DNA of 63,899 nt, filler included, from Perkinsus chesapeaki ATCC PRA-425 (Eukaryota > Protista > Perkinsozoa): NCBI GenBank assembly GCA_013115145.1. It is 3 parts of 3 records of this genome, joined end to end, with 100 filler letters (N's around TTAATTAATTAA, not from the genome) between each part and the next. Parts side by side here need not be neighbours in the genome. Positions count along the whole stretch, not along the records: positions 1 to 31,007 come from JAAPAO010000428.1; 2 more parts are not named here. One strand, 5' to 3'. The translations under genes were made by a program, and so were the position numbers. The notes under the pieces were generated by a model. It saw only the letters and a program-made list of their open reading frames with translations, was not told the DNA's origin and did no database searches. Shown in pieces: positions 10,762-22,924 of this stretch. The stretch's first letter is position 1; every line of letters starts with the position of its first letter.

Positions 10762-11904
10762 ATGGCTAAAAGGGACCCTGCTCTTATCAGTAGATTTACA
10801 AGCTTCTCCGCTGCTTTGCTATTTGTTATTGAGATGATTCACAGGTCACATGCTGGTAACGTTCTCCGTGTGAAAGTGGCGAGTAACTTCATCACAACCA
10901 AAGCGTTCCAAGGCGACATGCTTCATGCCACTGTGGTAGCTGACGGCCAACAAATGGAGGTACTTGTGGACACCGGATCCTCCTACCTTTTTTGGGTATG
11001 GAAAACATATTATGGAGGCGTCATGGGTGTAGGGGCGTGCAACGCTTTGTTCTTTAAGTGCTACGAGTGTCTTCACCCTTGCAAGCCGACGGAGCCGACG
11101 ACTCTCAAATTTGACGGCGGTATCTTTCTTGAGATATTCAAGCATTCTGGTGACGTTACGCTTGGAAACATAGAGCTGATGAATATTGATTTCGGCTTGG
11201 TCAGCTGGTCTAAACCTTCCCCTACAAAACGAAGCTACCCTGGAATACTTGGGCTGCGATATGACATGGATCCTAAGTATCCTGCTTTCTTGAAGCAGCT
11301 TGTCGCTCAAGGAGTTGTTGAAAAGAACGTTTTTGCCTTATACTTGAAGCCGGGTGGATGTTGCACTGGACAGTTCGAAGGGGAACTGCTACTCGGTGGA
11401 GGTGATGCAAAACTTTTTAAAGCCCCTCTTCGGTACGTGAATACAGTCGGTGAAGACGAGTGGTTAGTAGGGCTGAGTTTGGTTCAGATCGAAGCCGAGA
11501 GCCTTGTTGTTAACGGTCGTGTTATCCTTGATACTGGATGCAATAATATACTCATTCCACAACAAGAACTGGACAACTTTATTGAGAAAATATCCAAGGC
11601 AGCGAGCGAGTCGGCCGGAGGTGAAGTTATCGTTGAATACGATGACGTGGAAAAAGTATGGGCATTTGACTGCGACTATCTTGCGGACATGCCGACCTTG
11701 TACTTCATGTTATCCGCTCCAACTGGTGACGTCCCCCTCACTATGAACTATGAGAGTTATGTTGGGATGGTAAACTACTACTGTTACCTTAATGTAGAGG
11801 AATCTAGAAGCGACGATTGGAGCTTACCACATTTCATGTTAGTTGGCAATTACGTAGAGTTTCAGCTGGACAATAAGCGGGTCGGCATAGCTAGACTCAA
11901 GTAG
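10762..11904 (+). CDS. Pepsin-family (A1) aspartic protease, intronless, probably secreted
   Basis: Two catalytic motifs VLVDTGSS and VILDTGCN, flap-region GILGL, VFALYL..GELLLGG and C-terminal YVEFQLDNKRVGIA. Hydrophobic leader; ATG 10762 is in frame with the track ORF. Confidence 0.95.
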   Translation: MAKRDPALISRFTSFSAALLFVIEMIHRSHAGNVLRVKVASNFITTKAFQGDMLHATVVADGQQMEVLVDTGSSYLFWVWKTYYGGVMGVGACNALFFKCYECLHPCKPTEPTTLKFDGGIFLEIFKHSGDVTLGNIELMNIDFGLVSWSKPSPTKRSYPGILGLRYDMDPKYPAFLKQLVAQGVVEKNVFALYLKPGGCCTGQFEGELLLGGGDAKLFKAPLRYVNTVGEDEWLVGLSLVQIEAESLVVNGRVILDTGCNNILIPQQELDNFIEKISKAASESAGGEVIVEYDDVEKVWAFDCDYLADMPTLYFMLSAPTGDVPLTMNYESYVGMVNYYCYLNVEESRSDDWSLPHFMLVGNYVEFQLDNKRVGIARLK

Positions 11905-12568
11905 TGGTTGCCAGTCACCGCTGATACAACCGGTAAACTGACTACTAGTCAATTAGTATCTAGTACTGTATCATGGGTACCATCATTTTACAACTATGTA
12001 AATCTTTCAGTACAAGTCAGTGCTTGTCTATCCCGAAGTGCCAATCGTGGTACATGCATAAGTTGGCTAGATCAACCTGGCGGCGCCAAATCATTATAAA
12101 ATGAAAGACCCGCGGAAGTCTGTCGAGTGCTTTCGGAAAGAGAGGCGGATAGACATTACGGGTGGAGTGTCTTCTCTTGGGCGCCACTACATCGCCATCG
12201 CCTTGTGCAGAGACTCAAGCAGAATGGTTGAATTTATCAGAACGTAATAGTTGTTGCTTAGGAAGCGACTCATTGCTAATAATGGGTTCGACCCGGAATC
12301 GAGACGATACCTTATAGACTTTAACAGCGGTTTGACCTCGAAAGGTGTTCCATCATCTCATAAGATTTGTATCAATCGAAGGCTCATTCCGCCTGGTCTC
12401 ACTTGGCAGAAGATCAACGAACGAGTTTGATCTCGCCCGCCGTATGCGATGCATCATTCCTCCACAGCGATCACACGTCTGGTGATCGGCGGAAGTATGT
12501 TACACTTAATCAACACTAAACACTTGAGCTATATCAACATGTGAACATCGACAATTGAACTGTTGTTG

Positions 12569-14371
12569 TTAAGTTGAAGTTGAGTTATCTTTAGCAACAT
12601 GAAAATTGCCGGATAGTTTATTATACCAAATCATGCCTGTCGGACTCTTCGGGTGTTGTAGCTTCACCCACTGACCGTTAAAAGCCGACTCGGCGTCACC
12701 GGCAGCCTGTACAGCAGCCTCTACGGAAGGACGGCGAACCTGGAGGCACGTAGCAGAGTCGATATTCATAATCAGCATCATCCTCCTACGCTTTGGTAGA
12801 CATCCTTAACAATGAGCGGAGGCGCCTTAGCTTCAGCTAGCATCTCACTTAGTTTATTAAATCCATTATCAGCAGCTATTTGATTCGTTGTTCGATTGCT
12901 CTCAGAAATGACTCTGAATTGAGCTCTATTCAGAGGTTATCGATATAGTCACTCACTGGATGGTAGGGTCAGCTTCTTGCTCCAACAGTAATTCACAGAC
13001 ATCCTGATGGCCTCTCGACGCCGCCATCGTTAACGCTGTGTGACCCCAGCTATTCTTCAAATTCACATACCTTTAAAATAACAAATAACAGATATAGTCC
13101 ACGAATGCACCAACGGCTACGTGCGTATTCGTTTCCTTTCGACATGACGTAATAATGTGTTTACAGTCTTAGCGTTGCCGAAGTAGCTGGCTATATGCAG
13201 GGGCGTGTCCTTGTATGTTGGTGTTGGTTTCTGTGATATGTTGCTCATAGCATTATGGCAAAGTATACACGGTGCTTACAGTGACATCTGCTTTGTACCG
13301 AACTAAAGCATCGATCACTTCAACCACTTTACGATGACCTTTATTCTTCTTGATGGCAGCTGCAACATGGAGGGCTGTAACCTAACAATTGATGGTCTTC
13401 ACTGAGTTAACAGCAACTCGGAGTTGCCAACTCCCCCTTGCCTGCGATGCTCCCTTGTTCGGCGAATGTGAATAGCCAGCGCGTGTGTCGAGATCAACTC
13501 GAACGGCAGGGCCCAGAGAGCTTGGATCAGCCCTGGCCTCGAGAAGGCCCCGAACCTGGTGATGCCTACGACTTGAAAAAATCGACCTAGGCATCCCACC
13601 GCATCAACTTGCAGCTTTTCCGTCGCCGCGATAAGCTCGAAGGAATGGAATGAAGCTGAGATGGATGAAAATAGATTAGCAAGTAACACTGGTGTTTTAC
13701 TTCCGGTCGCCTGCTCCACGTAGTTGACCAATTCGAGCTGTCTAACGGCTTTACTGTATGGTGAGAGTTGAAGTTCATAAGCAGCAGCAAGTCGATCCTC
13801 CGCTGGTACCCCTCCGAGGGCCTGGTGCTGATGTCCTGGCGAGCTGCTTAAAGGTGAACTGAATAATAGCAGCGAGTGAAGCTACTAGGCAATGTTATCC
13901 TTACTAAAGGACCAAAGCTTGCTGTTCATGCTCAACATCATCGTCCTCATCATCACTCGCATTCTTGTCAACCTAGCGACCACTACTGAGATCGCCGACA
14001 CAAAAACTGTCCCCACCAATGCGAGTGTAGTTATATCTTCCTTATCATCCATAATAGCTAAGGGCATCGGCGATACCTTCTTGGGCATCGACTTCACTTC
14101 TTCCTCTAACAACCCTGAGCCAGCTACTGTCACCACTGCCAGCAGCATCACATCTCTTTACCCAAAGTGCCGACCATACAGTCCTCTTCGATCTGCCCAG
14201 CCAATGCCTCTACAAACGCAGGGTCGCACTTGGGCGGGTGACCGTAGACGACTTTCCGAGCAATCTGCAGAGAACTAACCGAGCCGTCGAAAGTGGTGTT
14301 TTTACGTCAGGATCGAGTGGCTCCTTTTCACCATTTAGCGCGGCGAGGGACTTCTTCAGTGAAGCACCCAT
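12569..14371 (-). CDS. Ankyrin-repeat protein, multi-exon
   Basis: Exons encode LLEARADP, VTALHVAA..LVRYKADV, DTPLHIASYFGNAKTVNTLL and GHTALTMAASRGHQDVCELLLEQEADP. Likely start MGASLKKS at 14371. Last exon has WVKLQHPKSPTGMIWYNKLSG. Ends approximate. Confidence 0.75.
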
Positions 14372-14567
14372 CTCGAACGCTACAGTTGCTGGTGACGTAC
14401 CCAACTACTCTTGACAACACAAAACTAATATTAGCGATGACATGACAACATCATAACCATTATCATGAAGACAAATGGGTAAGGAGGCTCGAAGCCCAAG
14501 GAAGCATGCCCAAGACAATGGTGGTGATAATGATTATTATGATACAGTAGAATGCCTCTAAGGCACT

Positions 14568-17313
14568 CTACAGATAGGCTGGCTTCCCGTTACTGCCGCC
14601 CAGCATCTTGTTATTCCCTCCACTGCCGCTGCCGGAGCTTCTGGCAGATGACAACAATAGCGACGATGACCTTGCGGAACTGAAGTGTCCCATCGTTCGA
14701 CTGAGTGCGGTAGGGCCTCCTAAATGAGCGGCAGGGTAGAGGGCTCCCCGAGCGCTCTGTTGCCCGATAACCGCTGCAAAATCGCGCCTTCGACCAGGAC
14801 TGTTGATGTGTGATGGTAGTGCGGCTCGAGCGCTGTTCCTAGCTGGCCCTCCTCCTCCTCGCCCGGGGGCGCCATAACTGAGAGAGTGGTGCCTAGGTTA
14901 TGCATATATGGACTCACAAGGTAGCATGTGTTGGGTATCTTCCGTTGTACTGACTACGATGCTTTCTGACACCTTCCGAACATGGGGAAGCATGTGAAGA
15001 TGGTGAAGGAAGTAAAGTAAGAGATGGATGATGAGGATTATGGTGTTGCTGATCCTGTCCATAAAGAGATGGTGATACCTAAGAGTTAGAATTATAACCG
15101 ATCAATATAGTAGTATCTTACCTCGGAGAATGAATGATCTATATGAGCTTGCTCATTCATACCATGTGAACGCTGGGCAGCGCCCTGTATAGGCGGTAAG
15201 CGAGTTGTCGACATTGACTGATGCTGCCAACTGTCCACCATCCGCCGATCTTCATGTCGAGCAAAGCCGCTCATTGACGTGACACCAGCGGCTTGTAGTG
15301 CCCGTTGTGGCGGTTGGGCATATTGAGGCAACGATCCACCACCGTAGATGGCACGCGCCGCCCTGGATGAGATAACATTTCAGTTTGCTCACGCCCCCCG
15401 CCGCAGCTGCTGCTGCTGCTTACCCTTGTTGTTGCCTATGTTGAACCTTGCGAACATTTTTTGAAGATAGATGATGATGTTGCTGTTTTGTGGGAACATC
15501 ACACATCTAATAAAAGATGCCACTCAATGACTTTCCCTCAATTGCCCTACCTTATCGATAGATGGTTCTGGTGAGCCTCCAGTAGTGACTGTGGTTGATA
15601 CTGTCATACCTACCCTCCAACTCTACAACCCTTCAATTAATCACATACACTTACTTCCTTCGGTGTCGCTCGGGTACGGTGGTGATCGTACAGCACTCGT
15701 TGATGAAGTCGACGCGGGTGTTAGACCTGACAGCGTCGGTATCGGCCCTCGAGCCATCGTTATGCTTGTAACTACCGTGATGGGTTTGACGGAAAGCATC
15801 GAAATAGGGCAGTCGCATCGCCTAAAAAATAGATTAATGATTCTCGGGCACCACGAGTTGAAGCAGCAGCAGCATCATCACCTCAGTTGCACTGGGTCGA
15901 TATTCGGCATCATATGTTAATAATATTTTAATAGTGTCAATCGCTTCCTCGGAGACTTTACATTTATGCAGCCATATGTCGATATCTGATCGTTAACAGT
16001 TCATCGGCCTTCCTCAATGAAATAGGAGGTACTATTCCCCAGTAGTCTACCGTCGTATATTAACTGTAAGATTCTGAAGCTTAGTTACAAAGTACAGTAA
16101 AGTGTGCTGAATATGTCCAAATCGATCAACCGTTTCATTCCTTGGCAGCAAGATACCGACGCGCGAAGTTTATGAATCTATTGCGGTGATATGGCCAAGT
16201 GCACCTACTTCTGCCTTTATTATCAGACACAGTTCTTTCCATTTCTCTCAGTGGCCGGTTGCCTTTGCCACTTTTCGACTTGCAATGTTTCTTGAAATGT
16301 TCAAGCAGATCTTGAGAAGGTAGTCCCATGACCTGATAGCATCGGATGCAACTGTACCCTCCAGGCGACCATTATTCTCACTTTGTGTATCTTGTTGACC
16401 TGATCTATCTCGTTCTTCCCTGGAAAAAGCGGCACAAGTGCCAAGACTTCAAAGAAAACACAGCCAATTCTGAAGGAGATTGATAATAGACTCGGGTTCT
16501 ATCCCCAGTAGAGGCAGTTTTACGCCCAAATATCCATCCCAGTGGAATAGTATCCATCAGTTAGCATGCACTCAGGTGCTCTGTACCACCGTGTCGATAT
16601 GTATTCGGTAAATGGCTGCTTCCCGTCGATTCCTGATGCCATCTTTGATTGTCTTTACTGACATATTTGTTACTTTTGCAACTGCCAAGGTCTGCTAACT
16701 TCAAAGTTTCATTTTGATACAGTAATAGATTCTCTGGTTTAATGTCCCTGTATATTAAACATAATCTAACTTCCCTGTATAAATCTTTACCTATGAAATA
16801 TCCCTTTGCCATGAAGGTATTCAACTGCATATAGTAGTTGCCACATCCAGTGGCCTACCCTTTCTTCGGGAATATAATGCCTGCTCAATAAATCCCTCAA
16901 TTCTTTATTGTTTTGTTACTTCCGGCCTTTAATAGCTTCATAAACGTTCATATCCATGAGCTCTAAAACTAACGCTAAGTTCCCTGTATTGGCATCGTAG
17001 AGAACGTCTAGAAGCTTCACTATATTTGGATGCTCTAAAAGATTCTTATAAGGTTAACAACAGGCCTCTCGCTTAATATGCAAAGTTACCTGTTAGTTGT
17101 CTGAGGGCACGTATTTCATGGAAGGAGTTCACTGCATCCATGGAAGTGAATTTACTCTTCATGTACTTAATAGCGACCTAATTAGTATCTTTCAGTTTCG
17201 TTGATTCGCTCGGCTTTGTTGTTTACTTGTCTATTGCTGCTTATATGTCGCCCGAGGAGGACCTCTGAGAAGGTCCCTTCACCCTTTTTACCGAGTAATC
17301 TGTATTGGTTCAT
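14568..17313 (-). CDS. MOK: MOK/RAGE-like (RCK/MAPK superfamily) Ser/Thr kinase with low-complexity C-terminal tail
   Basis: MNQYRLLGKKGEGTFSEVL, VAIKYMK, HPNIVKLLDVLYD..TGNLALVLELMDMNVYE, YRDIKPENLL, KLADLGSC, KQPFTEYISTRWYRAPEC and LFPGKNEIDQVNKIH. The tail reads in frame across introns to a TAG at 14568-14570. Confidence 0.9.
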
Positions 17314-18125
17314 TAATGCCGAAATATCGAGGTTTAATGTAGAGTAAAACAGAACAACATCTGCAACAACAGGTAAGGTCAATTTAAGGAAGGAAAATTG
17401 CGAACTTGCGCAAAATGCGCGGATATGATCTGAGCGTTGAGGAAATGTAAGAACGAGCAAGTGAGCAAGAAGTGTATAGAGGGATGTACGCGATGCTCGT
17501 TTTGCTGGTTTGGCGCAGTAAACATGTCAATCGTGACTTTATGATCTTATCTACTTCCCATGACGACCATAGTGCTGTCCTACACTTTAGAACCTACTAT
17601 GACTTGATTAGTTGTGCGATACTATCATCAATCATTATGCACGCATGCGCATATTAGCTATAAAATCAATCGTAATTATCATACGTAATCTGACTAAAAC
17701 AGGCACAGGCAAAGTCAAAGCTGATCGGAGTTGGTATAATCTATCGTTAAGATACGATGTAGCAGTGCCTTCAGCCGAATCGGATATGGAAATATGAGAT
17801 CCTCGCGCCAGGAAACGTGAGGTTGTTGTAGGATTCTGCGCAGTCTATGTGCATGCGTGCTAGAATAATCTATAGCTAAGGGGCCGGCGCGGTTGGTTAT
17901 TTCGCCTACCCTTGGTGTGTTCTTGGTTATCACTCCTATCCCTAGCGTAAGCTAACTATCCCTCAAGGTCCCTCCTGTTGTGTTAACGCATCTGAGCCTC
18001 TAGTCCCACATCAACTAACTAGTTAACCGAACCCGATAACAAGGTTCATTCCTGAAGGACTCAACCTTAGCTCAATACCACAGCTGATCATCACTCTAAA
18101 ACTACTGTTAAACTTATCAGCAACT

Positions 18126-18290
18126 ATGCGTCTTATCTACTCTATTGTAGCTCTAATCGCCATCTTTAAAGAAGCCAACGCACAAAGCTTCAACAATTGT
18201 GGAGGCCGTACTTGCCCACCAGGCCACTACTGTCGTTGTGCTCCTGTGGGGCGCACTGGCTGCAGATACACTTGCGAAAGGAATCCGTAA
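18126..18290 (+). CDS. Small secreted cysteine-rich peptide (54 aa, 6 Cys)
   Basis: MRLIYSIVALIAIFKEANA-QSFNNCGGRTCPPGHYCRCAPVGRTGCRYTCERNP*. Clear signal peptide with A-N-A cleavage site. Below the 60-aa ORF-track cut-off. Confidence 0.7.
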   Translation: MRLIYSIVALIAIFKEANAQSFNNCGGRTCPPGHYCRCAPVGRTGCRYTCERNP

Positions 18291-19677
18291 TATCTTTCCA
18301 ACTCATGCTTATCATTCATGGTGGTCATCATTACCTCTATCAAAAGCTCCTGGTAATTGTAATACAGGCAAGCTATAAGATATGCCATCGTTAATGATGA
18401 TACTATTTGTCCGAGTCGTCAATGGTTCACACCCTCTCAGTTATCGACCATAGCTGGCTTCTCGTTAACTACTACATACTACGCTCATGCGCCTCAGTAT
18501 TACCCACTAAGTTAACTGTTCTGGTCAACAAACAGATTCTGTTTCGAGTCCCATATATCCTTTTGCGTTTATTAAGTGTCACGAGCAATCAACACTGAGT
18601 CCAGAAAAAGATCAACCAACTGTCATCACTGATGCTGTCCAGTTTCCCGCACATAGGTGAGCACTAACTGTGTTGTTACTTCTAGTGATATGTAGCCTAC
18701 TCGAAACGCCAACTCCTACTATCACGAGGCTTAATGAGTGCTGCCAGTCGATGTTGATCGAACTTGTGCTTTGGTACCTTCTGTTTTTGAGTGACAACAA
18801 CTCCTGATGACAACTCAGTGCGTTTGTACAACTCCTTGCCAAGGTGCCATGGGGTGCACGATTTGAGCTAACGTGAAGTTACTTCAAACTGAACAACTTT
18901 TCAATTCTCATCTATGACTGTCCATTCTTGATTGCTCCCACTGTAGCCTCGGCCGTACTCTACCTCTCATCTGACCGAGCATAACCTCAGCATCAAATAA
19001 GGCACCTTGTTTCATAACTCGAGTCTTCCAAGTATCTGTGCATGCCTTCGCAGAGGGCCCTTCGGTTGAGTTTGCCTTGATATCCGCGCTTCCCTACAGC
19101 TGCCTGAGCTTCACCTTCAATGTTTGGCCCTAGGCGCCTCTGCCACCCGCCAAACTATACGCATCTGGTCCGCCACGATGTTTCTATCGTTGTCCGTTCT
19201 ATTCAAGTCGACGCGCCACTCGAGCATCTCCTTGAGAATGCCTATTTATCTGTCGTACCATTGACTCTAATGCCCACATGGGGGATTTATGTATGGGTTG
19301 CGTTGCAGCCGCCGTGGTGTACCAGTTTTCCTCGCTCGACGCTGTTTCTACTTCAACCGCTCGTTTTGCTCTGTGATGGTTGAGGCTTCTGTTTTCCGCC
19401 CAGCTATAGTACGGCACTGCATCATATCTTTATACTTTTATCGCTCAATAGCTCTCAGTGGCATGCCATTGTTCTAGTTTCGAATCATTTGTGTGTTTTT
19501 GATTTCCATGATAGATTGACGCAATAATAGTTTACTTTCAAGACAACAACACTCAATATGATCGTTCGAAACCTCTATTGTTATTATTTAATAATTAAGA
19601 CATGCAAATGAGGATACACTTCAACAATCCTTCAATCGTCTAATTATTATGATAAATGAAATGTTGTTTAACTTTTG

Positions 19678-21359
19678 TTACCTTTTAAAATGATACATGT
19701 TAATTCTCGCGTGATGATATTCTTCAGGAAGGACTTCCGTCGAACGACATTCATCCAACAACTGAGAATAAATTAAAGCTGGCAACTTCGCGATCGAATT
19801 GAATTAATGTTTGATGACCTCGAAATGCTTGGATACTTCATTAATCCAAAGAGCATCCAAATCCACATTTCGACTTTTCTGGCAAATATAAAAGTCAGGA
19901 GTATTTGTGTGATTTGGAGAAGCCTTTAAAAGTGTCTCAACGAATGGTTTAACAAATACCTGATTGAAGTGTAAATTTGTAAGTATGATAATGTAAGGAT
20001 ACCTGCGACCAGAGCACATCACTTGCTATGATAATATCAGGAGGAGAAGACCAATCATACTCGCTGTTATCTAGATCCTTCCAATCCATCACCTGATCGA
20101 TTTGATAACACAATCGTATCTTACTTTTCTTTACTTTATAACAACATGTATTCCCTCTCTTCGCAATCGCTTCCTTATTAATATCAATCTGGTCAGCTGC
20201 CACTCAACTTCTGTTTAAGACGATCATCTCACGTTTGATTCAGTCCGAGGTTTAATAATCGCTCGATCGGTTAATATAACATCACAAGGTGTTGAAGTTA
20301 ATGAACAAGAAATGCCGACAACTCCACTACCACAACCGAGTTCGAGAATCTGTTAAATCTCTTCACACGTCGGGAAAATATCCTCACTTTCAGTCTTTCA
20401 ACCTTTCTCATATTTTTGATATCTTCCAAATGAGTTTCAAAATATCTACCAAAAGAATGTTTGAGTTTCATAAAAGTTATTAAATCACTTCGCCATGCAT
20501 ATTCCAGCATCCCAAACACGAAGGCCAGTCTCACCAGGAGTAGTTGGATGATCTAAATTTAGATAAAGTGGGATACCTGATTAATGATGGGGAAATGCTT
20601 AAGATATACTTATTAGTTTTACCATTTATTTCAAACTCTCCTTTTCCAAAATCAATTTGCATACTCAACATTCTTGTCTCAGTTACACGCCATTTCAAAT
20701 CAGCTTGTTGATAATCGATTCCGTTCATCTTTGGTTTTATAATTGTTGATGTTTTGATCGAATCATGATGATGAGGTTGTTGCTGCTGGTTTGATGTGTT
20801 AGATAATCTCCTACTAGTTTCAAAGTAGGAATTATTAATGAAGGCCTGTGATGCGATTGAATGATACGAAAATGGAAAAATGGAATCGATTGAGCATCAC
20901 TGCCAGACGCCGTTTTATGATGATTTACCTTTTGGGATGGAATCGTCGAATTGATGAGTGGAAGAGGAGCGAAAATGGATTGACTGAAAATAATAAATAA
21001 TTATGATAAAGAGCGTCGATGCGATAATTACTGATTGTCGATTGGTTGTTGAAATGGTTTAAATAAGTTAACTTCTTGTGGAGGTAACCAAGTTGAAGTT
21101 ATCGATGGTAAAGTACGAGTTGATAAACGAGTATTATAAGTAAACTGATTTGACCAATAATAACAAGTTAAGTAGACATTAATAATCACCTCCCTCATCG
21201 ATGGCGGATTTATGAAAGAACAAACATTAGGTGGGATGATAGTTGCTGATGATGATGATGATGGAACGAAGGTGACCTGAAATTAATAAATTATTATCAG
21301 GTTATAATTGATGTTACTTTAGAAGTATCTTCTATGACACTTGGAGGTTGATGGGTCAT
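19678..21359 (-). CDS. METTL21-family methyltransferase (copy 2)
   Basis: Same exon chain as 6019-7691 (MTHQPPSVIEDTSK...ELGCGSG...DIIIASDVLW...HFKR*). The coding indel seen is in frame. Confidence 0.85.
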
Positions 21360-21451
21360 TTAAGGAATTGTCCAGATGAATGCTGTGAAGTGATGAAACA
21401 ACAAATGATGAGAATGGTTAATTATCAATTATTAATAAAAATAATATTTAT

Positions 21452-22924
21452 TTATTTAAAATAATAACAAAGTTTTACATCACCAATTACATTAATACAT
21501 GAATCATTGTTATCGTAACTTTTGTGAGCTTTTGATAAACCAATTGTTATTGTTTTATTATCACAACATCTATGAAATGAATAACTGCCATCGAGATAAC
21601 AAAGAGTCTTTCCGTAAATGGCGGCATCAGTTTCACAACAAAATTGATATTCTTGATAAGTTTGAAAACAAGGAGGAGATAATTGAGGGATAGAATCAAT
21701 TGACCATCGCCAACCTAATATATTTATAAGATATGAATTACCGCGCGCCACAGATTGTTCAGCAATAAATCGAAATCCATTATTCAATTTGGTTGATTTA
21801 CCAATACATTGTTGTCCTTGTTGACATGTTCTAATTGCAGCTACAGTTGGATAACGTCCAATGGTTATTTTATTATATAATAAATGCATTTTGAGGACTA
21901 TTTCTGGATTGATACTTAAATCAACTTTATTAAACATCTCCTCATCGTCAACTCCAATATAATTAATCTTATTTATATTATCTAAATAATCCATTATTAA
22001 ACCATTAATAAAAACATCATAACGGTAAAAGTATACACTTGCCAGTTGCCTTTTCATTATTGCTGTTCTATCATTCAATCCTCTCCAATCTTCACTATCG
22101 GGTATCCATATAATATCATCATTTGTTTTAACATATTTCAAAACATTTAATGGTGGAGGTTTACTCAACCACATCAGATCAACTCTTGTGTAGAAAATAT
22201 AATCAAATTTCATCAAATTATTTTCTTCCCATTTTTCAATTATTTCCAAACATCTTCGTTTTCCTTTTAAATTGAGTATTTCCCTTCCAGTGAACCAATC
22301 TTGATTGGTAATTATTTCACCAACTTCACTTTCATTTATGAATTCTACCAAAGCTTCATCTCGTGTAATATCCTCCCGAGTGTCAAATGAGTCAATCTCA
22401 CCGAGACCGATGCGGAGGGATTGTAAAATATCCGTGATTGTTCGATTTGACTTTTTATCAAAATCGCCGACGAAGAAGACTTTCCCTTTCATTGGTCGAA
22501 TAACGTTTTGCCTAATTGAGTCCAACACTTCTAAAATTGCTCTTCCAATTGGTCCTTCAATACAAACAGCAACCTCATCTTTATTATCATCATTGCAATC
22601 ATCAATTGAAACTTCCTTTAAGTTGATAAAAGCAATTACATTTGTATTATAGAATTGATGAATTAATAATTTAGCGTGCCATTCCATACATGTTATCGGT
22701 AAACATATGCCAACCCTTTCAGGTGCATCTTTTATATTTTTATATGCATCACCAATGTAATATTTACTTCTATTAATTCTATAACATTGCGAGCATTTAT
22801 CATTTGTTAAAGTACCAGAATATTCGACAAATGCATGATAATTAATATTAACATCTTGGAAGCAAAACTCGTTATCAGAGTAAACTGCTAGTATTAGTAA
22901 TCCATAAACAGAAATGGCACGCAT
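21452..22924 (-). CDS. Intronless secreted glycosyltransferase-like protein (copy 2)
   Basis: Same length as copy 1, with 19 amino-acid differences counted by eye. Leader MRAISVYGLLILAVYS. Confidence 0.8.
   Translation of the reverse strand: MRAISVYGLLILAVYSDNEFCFQDVNINYHAFVEYSGTLTNDKCSQCYRINRSKYYIGDAYKNIKDAPERVGICLPITCMEWHAKLLIHQFYNTNVIAFINLKEVSIDDCNDDNKDEVAVCIEGPIGRAILEVLDSIRQNVIRPMKGKVFFVGDFDKKSNRTITDILQSLRIGLGEIDSFDTREDITRDEALVEFINESEVGEIITNQDWFTGREILNLKGKRRCLEIIEKWEENNLMKFDYIFYTRVDLMWLSKPPPLNVLKYVKTNDDIIWIPDSEDWRGLNDRTAIMKRQLASVYFYRYDVFINGLIMDYLDNINKINYIGVDDEEMFNKVDLSINPEIVLKMHLLYNKITIGRYPTVAAIRTCQQGQQCIGKSTKLNNGFRFIAEQSVARGNSYLINILGWRWSIDSIPQLSPPCFQTYQEYQFCCETDAAIYGKTLCYLDGSYSFHRCCDNKTITIGLSKAHKSYDNNDSCINVIGDVKLCYYFK

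Noticed and set aside
12280-12300. tRNA T-loop-like GGTTCGA (also ~25753)
   Set aside because: No cloverleaf or A-box could be built around either site.
17400-17425. GCGC-next-to-A-tract motif upstream of some starts (also 31886-31908, 29746)
   Set aside because: Short and degenerate, and also found inside genes. Cannot be distinguished from background without counting.
20605-20625. Apparent loss of a splice donor in methyltransferase copy 2 (gtaagt to ataagt at ~20613)
   Set aside because: A same-phase GT donor lies 9 nt upstream in both copies (6747 in the left arm), so the frame can be preserved. Not evidence of pseudogenisation.
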